DNA from: a virus
Taxonomy: Duplodnaviria > Caudoviricetes
Length of the DNA: 29,503 bases
IMG/VR virus record: IMGVR_UViG_3300038318_000171
Coordinates: 1-29,503 of that record
Direction: 5' to 3' (one strand)
Shown: positions 1 to 7,469 of the stretch, one piece after another
Layout: each line of letters opens with the position of its first letter
Position numbering within the stretch: position 1 is the stretch's first letter
The notes under the pieces: generated by a model
Told to the model about the DNA's origin: nothing
The model's database searches: none
The model's input: only the letters and a program-made list of their open reading frames with translations
Translations under genes and position numbers: made by a program

Positions 1-50
1 AACCTAAACAAACCTAAATAACTCCAAATAAATCTAAATAATTTTAAATA
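1..50. repeat. Degenerate 10-bp tandem repeats (consensus about AAyCTAAATA)
   Basis: aacctaaaca/aacctaaata/actccaaata/aatctaaata/attttaaata in exact 10-bp phase; may continue left of the window. Confidence 0.55.
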
Positions 51-340
51 ATCTCAATTTTAAATTCTCAAATCTACTAAAATCAATACTTTCAAACCTC
101 AATCAACGTAGACCCCTCTATTTTCTATTTTAAGACGTTTTACCTCTATTTAATATAATTTCATTACTTACTTATAAAAACGTCTAAATCTTTATCCTAG
201 ACCCCTAGAACAAGTTTAAAATTATATGTTGAGTCTACAATTTACTTTTAGTTTACTTTTAACTTTAATTTAGTTTGAAATATATCAAGAATACATCAGG
301 ACAACAAATTAATTATTTTATATTATCTGCTCATTTTTAT

Positions 341-369
341 TTGATAAATACAATATTATATGTTACAAT
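341..369 (+). promoter_or_regulatory. Sigma-A-type promoter for the 417/638 operon
   Basis: TTGATA(341-346)-17 bp-TACAAT(364-369) with extended -10 TG. Confidence 0.65.
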
Positions 370-416
370 GATAATAGGAGTATTTTAAAATATTTTATTT
401 TTAGGAGGTGATATGT

Positions 417-611
417 ATGACCAAGAAAACACAAATAATATTTTCACCACAATTGGCAAGACAATTACTCAAAGATCGCTATGTTATTGTAGACATTCAA
501 CCAAACTCAACAAACCCAGAAAGAACAGTATTCTTTTTTAGAAACGATGATGGACTTGAAGAAGTCATAAACAAATTTCAACAAAGCAAACAAAATATCA
601 ACACAAAATAA
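417..611 (+). CDS. Small DUF5659-like protein
   Basis: RBS AGGAGGTG then ATG 417 (GTG 408 overlaps the RBS); pattern IFSPQLARQLLK...IVDI...TVFFF...L...I typical of small phage/plasmid DUF5659-type proteins. Confidence 0.7.
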   Translation: MTKKTQIIFSPQLARQLLKDRYVIVDIQPNSTNPERTVFFFRNDDGLEEVINKFQQSKQNINTK

Positions 612-637
612 AATACAAATAAAGGAGAGAGTAGGTA

Positions 638-1306
638 ATGAGTAATAATCAACAACAAAAAATAAATAAATATCAACAATCATCTAGAGAAAAAAAGATA
701 ATTATTAAGAATGCAATTTTTACAGACAGAATTATTTATAGTATTTTACCTTTAGGATTTGCGTTGCTTTCATATTTGCTTTATGAATCCAGAAATACAA
801 CAGACACATCCACAACTATAAATATATTAATGAATATTTTAACAATTAAAACTAAAAAAACTACTATTAAGTATCTCAATAAGTTGAAAGAGTTTAACTT
901 AATAAAATTTAAAGAAGATTTATCCGACACAGATGTTAATAAAAGATTTGAAATTGACCTAACCCAGTATTATGATATTCAAGGTGGATTTGAGCAAATA
1001 CCAGGACATATATTCATAGATAATTATATTGGTGAAGACTCATGGACAATATTCTGTTTGCTTTGTAAAATGTATCATACTGATTATGGCAATGCTATGT
1101 TGTCTCAAGAAATGATTGGATATAACACTGGAATCAAACATAGAAAAACTATTAAAGATAATATTATTAAGTTACAAGAAAAAAATTTAATATCTATTAT
1201 ACCAAATCAAACATCTACTAATCCATTTGAATCTGGCAATGGGTATGATGGATATTTAATTTTATCTAAACCTTGTAAATATAAGATTAATTTTTATTCT
1301 CAATAG
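638..1306 (+). CDS. Putative replication initiator-like protein with tandem winged-helix domains
   Basis: RBS AAGGAG; two repeated wHTH-like units (TTIKYLNKLKEFNLI; SQEMIGYNTGIKHRKTIKDNIIKLQEKNLI); followed by origin-like palindromes. Confidence 0.55.
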   Translation: MSNNQQQKINKYQQSSREKKIIIKNAIFTDRIIYSILPLGFALLSYLLYESRNTTDTSTTINILMNILTIKTKKTTIKYLNKLKEFNLIKFKEDLSDTDVNKRFEIDLTQYYDIQGGFEQIPGHIFIDNYIGEDSWTIFCLLCKMYHTDYGNAMLSQEMIGYNTGIKHRKTIKDNIIKLQEKNLISIIPNQTSTNPFESGNGYDGYLILSKPCKYKINFYSQ

Positions 1307-1490
1307 CAAGGTTTTGATTGAAAATTCGTTAGAATTTTCCGCAACGCTAGTTACATTGAAAAGTTCTTTGTGTAAGTAGTATTGTGTAAGTATATTGTAG
1401 GGGCAAAAAACGAGTCTGGAAACACTTGATTTTACTACATTTGAAGGCAGTTTCCCATTGTTCACCAAAATCGCACTTTCTTGACCAAGT

Positions 1491-1543
1491 GTGTCACGAA
1501 ATCTGGAATATCCAGATTCGGTGACACAAAAAATCTGGATATT
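1491..1543. repeat. Inverted repeat plus third AATCTGGA box (candidate Rep-binding origin)
   Basis: GTGTCACgaAATCTGGA-ata-TCCAGATTcgGTGACAC (15/17 match) and AAATCTGGATATT at 1531-1543. Confidence 0.6.
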
Positions 1544-1660
1544 TTGACCTACGTGAACAATGCGGAACTAATGCGGGTTTGAAGGCTATTTTTTTGTATT
1601 AAAATAAATACAATCAACTGAAACTATTGCAAATACTATATTTGGAGGTTATTAAGCAAA

Positions 1661-3922
1661 ATGACTAAAAACAACACTCAATCAACTACCTTGTTAGACT
1701 TAAATCTAGAACCATTTTATGAACGTTACTATTCAGAGGATACTGCCTATGGAGTTTATGTTTGTTATGATTTAGATACTAAAATCAAATCTGAAGATTT
1801 TTTTGGTTCTACAGAAATATATAAAGAGATTACAATAGTAGGTAATCTCCCTCGTCTTACTATTGGTAAAAAATATACTGCCAAAGGTGAGATTGTATTC
1901 CATAAACAATACGGAGAACAAGTTAAAGTTCACTCAATATTCTCCCCTGAATCTAATACTCAGACTGACGAGCAAGAATTCATTCGTTTTCTTGTTACAG
2001 ATTTGCAATTTAAAAACATACTAAAAATTTATCCTATGCCGGTTACTGCTATTATGGATGGTACTTTTAACTACAAAAAAGTGAAAGGTTTTGGTCAGAA
2101 AAATTATACACTTTTAAAGACTAAAGTTGAGAGTAATTATAACAACATGAAAGCTATGTCTGTATTGGGGGGTTATGGTTTAAAATTTAATATTATTAAG
2201 AGGTTAGTCAAAACTTATGGTTCTGCTGATTTAGCGATACAAAAGGTTATGGATAATCCTTATCTGTTGTATACAGAAGTGGATGGCATTGGTTTTAAAA
2301 AGGCTGACCAGATTGCTCAGGCTATAGGTTTTGATTTTTACTCTCCTAAACGCATATTAGCAGGAATTATGTACTCAATTGAATTACAAGAGTCTAAAGG
2401 CAATACATATGGATTAATTTCAAACATTAAGCAAAACGCCGAAGATATATTAAATTTAGAGATTGAGAACGTAGATGAGTTTTTGGATAGCTTAGATTTT
2501 TATGTTGATAAAGAAAATAATATTATTGCTCTCAAAAAGACTTGGCAATGCGAAAAAGATATAGCTGAAGAATTGCATCGGTTGAATGGTGCAGAGACAA
2601 CTCTCTTATTCCCAGAAGAAGAAATTTATAAGTATATCAATGAGATACAACAGGAATTAGGGATTGAATATACTGACGAACAAAAGCTGTTGTTTCATGA
2701 AGTAAACAGAAGTAATTTAATTATGCTTACAGGTTTTGCTGGTGTGGGTAAAACTTTTACGCTTAATGGTTGTTTAAAGATGCTTGATAAAAAAATAAAA
2801 GATGTATCACTTGCTGCACCAACAGCTAAAGCTGCAAAAGTTATTGAAAATTCAACTGGGCGAAAGGCATCGACAATTCATAGATTATTATATTGGTCAC
2901 CAGATGGGTTTATATATAATAAAGAAAATCAACTTGACGCTGAGATTGTAATAATTGATGAAATTTCAATGTGTGACATTTGGCTTTTTAGAAGTTTAAT
3001 AAAAGCAATTCCTGACGGATGTAAATTAATACTTGTAGGAGACCCAGCACAACTTGAAAGCGTAGCTACAGGAAACGTATTGCATGACATTATTAATAGT
3101 AAATGTTTTCCGGTTATTAAGTTACAAACTGTTTTTAGACAAGCACTCAAAAGTGGAATATTATCAAGTGCAACAGATGTAAGACAAGGTATTAAACCAT
3201 ATGACTCTAAGTCTGAATCATTAGAGTTGGGAGCCACAAAAGATTGTCGTTTGTGGTTTGGAGAGAAAACAGATACAGCAAAACGTATAGCCATGATATA
3301 TAAGTCTTGTTTAAAGAAATGGTCTGTAGACAACATTATGACGATTGTACCAATGCATAAAGGACAGTCAGGTGTTAATGAACTTAATTCTATATTACAA
3401 GCAATTGCAAATCCACAAGATGGAACAAAGAATGAATTAATATTAAATTCTAGAATGTTTAGAGAGGGCGATAGGGTTGGGCATACAAAAAATGATTATC
3501 TAGCAAATTGGTTAGATAAGAATTATGAATATGTTGGTATAGATGGAGTGTTTAACGGCGATACAGGTATTATAAGAGAAATAAATACGTCCGAAAGATT
3601 AATATATGTTGACTATGGAGATAAGATAATAGAATATAATTCTGGGAACTTTGATCAGTTACAATTATCGTATGTTATTACATGCCATCGCTCACAGGGT
3701 TCACAGTCACCTGTAGTTATTATGGGTATTGACATATCGGCGTATATGAACCTTAAGAGATCACTGGTGTATACTTCAATTACTAGAGCTTCGCAGCAAT
3801 TATTTATTGTAGCAGAACGTAAAGCATTGAGTATGGCGATTCATAACAATGCTTTAGTATTGAAGAAAACATTCCTCTGTGATTTACTAATTAATTACAA
3901 AAAAGACTTTACTACTGCTTGA
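1661..3922 (+). CDS. recD2: ATP-dependent RecD2-like SF1B DNA helicase
   Basis: Walker A GFAGVGKT, APTAKAA, STIHRLL, IIDEISM, VGDPAQL, FRQA, NGDTG, TCHRSQGS, YTSITRA; N-terminal OB/HhH (VDGIGFKKADQIA). Confidence 0.92.
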   Translation: MTKNNTQSTTLLDLNLEPFYERYYSEDTAYGVYVCYDLDTKIKSEDFFGSTEIYKEITIVGNLPRLTIGKKYTAKGEIVFHKQYGEQVKVHSIFSPESNTQTDEQEFIRFLVTDLQFKNILKIYPMPVTAIMDGTFNYKKVKGFGQKNYTLLKTKVESNYNNMKAMSVLGGYGLKFNIIKRLVKTYGSADLAIQKVMDNPYLLYTEVDGIGFKKADQIAQAIGFDFYSPKRILAGIMYSIELQESKGNTYGLISNIKQNAEDILNLEIENVDEFLDSLDFYVDKENNIIALKKTWQCEKDIAEELHRLNGAETTLLFPEEEIYKYINEIQQELGIEYTDEQKLLFHEVNRSNLIMLTGFAGVGKTFTLNGCLKMLDKKIKDVSLAAPTAKAAKVIENSTGRKASTIHRLLYWSPDGFIYNKENQLDAEIVIIDEISMCDIWLFRSLIKAIPDGCKLILVGDPAQLESVATGNVLHDIINSKCFPVIKLQTVFRQALKSGILSSATDVRQGIKPYDSKSESLELGATKDCRLWFGEKTDTAKRIAMIYKSCLKKWSVDNIMTIVPMHKGQSGVNELNSILQAIANPQDGTKNELILNSRMFREGDRVGHTKNDYLANWLDKNYEYVGIDGVFNGDTGIIREINTSERLIYVDYGDKIIEYNSGNFDQLQLSYVITCHRSQGSQSPVVIMGIDISAYMNLKRSLVYTSITRASQQLFIVAERKALSMAIHNNALVLKKTFLCDLLINYKKDFTTA

Positions 3923-3947
3923 CAATTATAATGTTATATGCTATAAT
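3919..3947 (+). promoter_or_regulatory. Consensus sigma-A promoter for the 4044/4367 operon
   Basis: TTGACA(3919-3924)-17 bp-TATAAT(3942-3947) with TG at 3939-3940. Confidence 0.85.
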
Positions 3948-3950
3948 AAG

Positions 3951-4004
3951 AGCATGGAGATATGAAAATTCACATTATATTTCATTTTTTCAAATCTCCA
4001 TGCT
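3951..4004 (+). terminator. Long stem-loop after recD2 (terminator or operator over the transcription start)
   Basis: AGCATGGAGAT(3951-3961)/ATCTCCATGCT(3994-4004), extended by TGAAAA/TTTTCA; weak U-tail. Confidence 0.5.
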
Positions 4005-4043
4005 TACTTAACAAATAAAATATTATATGTTTGGAGGATTAAT

Positions 4044-4367
4044 ATGACATACAGAGGGATATTACGACAAAAACCTTATAAAGACGGTATTCATTATGGG
4101 ATTTTTCAAAAAGGTAATTACTATGATTTTATGGACAATTTTAATTGTCAACTAATGGACAGGGTTAAACTAAGAATTATAGCTGATAAGAGAAATGTAT
4201 TTGACGAGGAAGGTAAGTTGTTAAGAATTAAGGATTTGAATGGAAAGTATCATTATAAAATTAATAAGAAAAGTATTGATGATGTTTTAAAAGAGAGTTT
4301 AGAAGCTTATGTAGAAATTGAAATGGAGAATATTACTCCAGAATATTTAAGAGAGGTAGTGAGTTAA
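4044..4367 (+). CDS. Hypothetical protein
   Basis: RBS GGAGG; 107 aa; TAATG coupling to next gene. Confidence 0.7.
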   Translation: MTYRGILRQKPYKDGIHYGIFQKGNYYDFMDNFNCQLMDRVKLRIIADKRNVFDEEGKLLRIKDLNGKYHYKINKKSIDDVLKESLEAYVEIEMENITPEYLREVVS

Positions 4368-4918
4368 TGGGGGCTGTTCATCAAGAGACATTAGGACAAA
4401 ATAGAAATTGTCATGAGTGGGAAGCACTATCTTTATCGGAAGTTAATACTATAAAGAGTTTAATAATTAATAGAACTGAATTTGATAAATTTTATGAAGC
4501 GAAATTATATGAAACTAAAAGCCCATTTATTTCTAATGGGGTTCCACAATTTTATGAAATTATTGAGGTTACATATTTAGATTTAGAGCGACTGATTAAA
4601 AATGCTAGATTGTCAGACCAACAAAGAATGATAATCAAATATGTAATGCGTGGGTATGATTATGGATGGATTGGCGATAAGATAGGTTGTACTGCATTAA
4701 ACATAGAAAATATTTTTGATACTGCATGTGAAAAAATTAAAGAGCAGAATGATTTTGAATGGCAAGAGTGGATTGAAACCAGTGGTAAAATTAAGGTTGA
4801 GGGTGAGTATAAGCAATGCAGTAAGTGCCAGAGGTGGCTAAAGGCTAATGAAGAAAACTTTAGCCCTAAAAAAGATAGTAAGGATGGATTTCATCCATAT
4901 TGTAGAGATTGTAGATGA
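4367..4918 (+). CDS. Sigma-70 region-4-like HTH transcriptional regulator with C-terminal Zn ribbon
   Basis: LSDQQRMIIKYVMRGYDYGWIGDKIG HTH-like segment; CSKC...CRDC. Confidence 0.65.
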   Translation: MGAVHQETLGQNRNCHEWEALSLSEVNTIKSLIINRTEFDKFYEAKLYETKSPFISNGVPQFYEIIEVTYLDLERLIKNARLSDQQRMIIKYVMRGYDYGWIGDKIGCTALNIENIFDTACEKIKEQNDFEWQEWIETSGKIKVEGEYKQCSKCQRWLKANEENFSPKKDSKDGFHPYCRDCR

Positions 4919-5140
4919 TTAATACTACATTTTGTGGATTGTGTCAAAAAAGCTATATAAAATGGTCATTTTATATTAAGATTATATTATTGGAGGGGAT
5001 ATATATAGGTAGTTAACTTGTGGTGTAAACATTTATACTTTTGTGCAGTTTTAAAAACTGCAATCACTTTTAAATATTTATAAACAATTCAAAAAAAATA
5101 CAACAAAAACAACAACAACAATTGAATATTGATTAACTTT

Positions 5141-5195
5141 AGTACAGCTATGCCAGAGGGGTAATAGCTGGTGCTTGCTGCATTGCGTTTGGCAT
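5141..5195 (+). ncRNA. Candidate structured leader RNA (hairpin plus H-type pseudoknot)
   Basis: Stem AGTAC-AGCTAT/ATAGCT-g-GTGCT (5141-5175); loop GCCAGA(5152-5157) can pair with TTTGGC(5188-5193); GC-rich island in an AT-rich intergenic region. Confidence 0.35.
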
Positions 5196-5267
5196 GAACA
5201 GAGTACTTTTGATGTGCTTTAAAACTGATAAGGCTTCAAAAATATATTATTGAGGAGGAAGTTGTTG

Positions 5268-5450
5268 ATGGTCAAAGATTACTATATCTATAATATTTTT
5301 CAAGCTCGATGGCTACTTAAACAAGGATGTAAAATCAAAGATGTGGGCTATGGTGCCAGGAAAGATATTTACATTTTATTTGAGCGAAATGAATTTACCG
5401 ACAAGTACATAAATGAGTGGAAAACAAGATCAAGAGTGGCTACAAATTAA
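5268..5450 (+). CDS. Small DUF5659-like protein
   Basis: RBS GAGGAGG; IYNIFQARWLLKQG..I.DV...IYILF...INEW aligns by eye with the 417 protein. Confidence 0.7.
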   Translation: MVKDYYIYNIFQARWLLKQGCKIKDVGYGARKDIYILFERNEFTDKYINEWKTRSRVATN

Positions 5451-5481
5451 TTTGATTTTGAAAAGAAAGGATGATTTGATT

Positions 5482-6933
5482 TTGAAAAAAACCGTGAGTG
5501 ATATTATCCAAATTACTGATATTGAGAATTGGAAAAATGGAGATAACATATTAATTCATGCTCCAACAGGAACTGGAAAATCTTTTTTTGTACAAAATTC
5601 ACTTTATGATTATTGTAAATCGAATAACAAAAAAATGCTCTATTTGACTAATCGTGATATTTTAAAAGATCAGTTTTGTCAGGAACTAATAAAGGACGAA
5701 AAGACAGATGTGATCAAAATCCATAATTATCAAGAGGTTGAACAGAATCTATTAAAAAATAAATTTCCAATAAATTTTGATTATTTAGTTATAGACGAGT
5801 GTCATTATTTTTTTAATGATGCAAATTTTAACCGGAAAACTGATATTATGCTTAAATATTTATTAATTATGGACAATGTTAAAATTTTAATGTCTGCTAC
5901 TCCTGACTTAATGATAAAATATTTAAAAATAAAGAAAATTGATATTAAAGAATATGTTTTTAAGCAAACTCAAAATTATTATAATGACGTTTATTTTTAT
6001 AAAAATGATAAAGTTATTCAAAAAATGTTATCAGAGTTACCCGAAAATGAAAAAGCTATTTATTTTACTAGTGCAAAAACAGCTTATGAAACACATCAAG
6101 TTTTTGACAATAGCTGTTTTGTATGCAGCAAACACAATCGTATTTATGGTCGAAAAAGCAACAAAGATGAGTTTGATAATATCATAAATAATAAAAAATT
6201 TAATAGTCAGATTTTATGTTGTACGACAACGCTTGACAACGGTGTTAATATAAAAGATAAACTTTTAAAGCACATTATTATAGACCAATTCGAGACCGAT
6301 ACTATTATACAATGTTTAGGACGTAAGCGATTCGAAGATGGTGAAAAGGTAAATATTTATATAAAAAATAAATGTGGCAGAAGTTTAAATACAGTATTAA
6401 ACAAAAACATAAAAGGATTAGAGCAAGCCGATTTTTTAAATACTAATGGGTTAGATGCTTATTGCCAAAAATATAAGAAGAAAGATCTCAGTAAAATGAT
6501 TGATCTAAAAAGTATTGATGGTAATGGTAAATTAGTAATTAACACTATAATGTACTTTAAGTTTCAATACAATATTATGATATTTACAAAAGTACAGAAT
6601 GTGGGCTTTGATAACTATATTTGTAAAAAGTTAGGTATTAACATCAATAAAGTTAAGTATTTGGATAAGGAATATGATCAGTATACCATAATAGATTTAT
6701 TAAATAGATATGTTGGCAAAAAGTTATTTAAACATGAACAAGAACAATTTAAAGATAAATTTTTAACGGAATTGTTCAAAAAACCTAAACTTAGTCATAA
6801 AAGTATAGGATTAAAAACTATCAACGCTATACTCGATGATTACAGTTTAAATTATGTTGTTACGTCCAAAAAGGAAAGAAGCAGAAAGTCGGAGTATTAT
6901 AGCAACTTTTATTGGTACGTAATTAAATTATAA
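5482..6933 (+). CDS. SF2 DExH-box helicase (possibly origin-binding)
   Basis: APTGTGKS, IDECH, MSAT, TTTLDNGVNI, QCLGRKR; likely TTG start at 5482 after AAGGATGA (ORF track start 5413). Confidence 0.85.
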   Translation: MKKTVSDIIQITDIENWKNGDNILIHAPTGTGKSFFVQNSLYDYCKSNNKKMLYLTNRDILKDQFCQELIKDEKTDVIKIHNYQEVEQNLLKNKFPINFDYLVIDECHYFFNDANFNRKTDIMLKYLLIMDNVKILMSATPDLMIKYLKIKKIDIKEYVFKQTQNYYNDVYFYKNDKVIQKMLSELPENEKAIYFTSAKTAYETHQVFDNSCFVCSKHNRIYGRKSNKDEFDNIINNKKFNSQILCCTTTLDNGVNIKDKLLKHIIIDQFETDTIIQCLGRKRFEDGEKVNIYIKNKCGRSLNTVLNKNIKGLEQADFLNTNGLDAYCQKYKKKDLSKMIDLKSIDGNGKLVINTIMYFKFQYNIMIFTKVQNVGFDNYICKKLGININKVKYLDKEYDQYTIIDLLNRYVGKKLFKHEQEQFKDKFLTELFKKPKLSHKSIGLKTINAILDDYSLNYVVTSKKERSRKSEYYSNFYWYVIKL

Positions 6934-6987
6934 AAATACACACTTTTCAAAAACTGAAACCATTTAAAATCGCACCTTTCAAAGAAT

Positions 6988-7170
6988 TTGGGTACCAAAT
7001 ATGCCTACAAATAATATATTATACAATGGCAAAAATGGTACCCAAAAAAAATGAAACGTTGATATTATGCAACTTTCGGAGATTAATATTTTATAAAAAA
7101 TGAGATATAAAAAAATGGTACTTTATAATCTTAAATAATAAATAATCTATATATAGATTATAAAGTACCA
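6988..7170. repeat. Cluster of inverted repeats built on TGGTAC (candidate origin)
   Basis: TTGGGTACCA(6988-6997)/TGGTACCCAA(7036-7045); perfect 16-bp IR 7116-7131/7155-7170; 20-bp palindrome ATAATCTATATATAGATTAT 7142-7161. Confidence 0.65.
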
Positions 7171-7209
7171 AATTTTAAATTACAAAAAAACCTATATGCG
7201 TCAGGGGGT

Positions 7210-7302
7210 TTGGGGGACGGGCGCAGGTACTTTTTTCTTAGGGATACAAGCCCTTCAGGGCGTAGTAGCCCTTGAAAAAAGTAGATGGTTTAAGTCCCCC
7301 AA
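7210..7302. other. GC-rich nested hairpin (single-strand-origin-like or RNA leader)
   Basis: TTGGGGGAC/GTCCCCCAA, TACTTTTTTC/GAAAAAAGTA, AGGGATAC/GTAGCCCT and GCCCT/AGGGC nested stems. Confidence 0.5.
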
Positions 7303-7469
7303 TATCATACAAACTAACAAAACTAAATATAAATATCTACATTTTTTTTACTTAAATACTTTGTTGCCTTGCAGGCAGCCGCTACGGTTTCCGCAACTAC
7401 GTTGCTACAACCTAAGCTAAAATTTTCTAACGAAAATTTTAAATAATTTAACAAAGGAGGATAAAAGTT

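Noticed and set aside
1262-1468. 68-aa minus-strand ORF
   Set aside because: Overlaps the rep 3' end and origin-like motifs; no RBS
5141-5240. Hammerhead, pistol or twister ribozyme
   Set aside because: Core motifs absent (CTGATAA rather than CUGANGA; no pistol AAA linker)
5450-5488. ATTTGATTTTGAAAA direct repeat around the helicase start
   Set aside because: Two copies in low-complexity AT sequence; likely a local duplication with no evident function
7142-7161. Perfect palindrome as a protelomerase (telRL) site
   Set aside because: Only 20 bp and no protelomerase gene in the window; better explained as part of an origin
7196-7420. 74-aa ORF upstream of the polymerase
   Set aside because: No RBS; coincides with GC-rich hairpins; atypical composition
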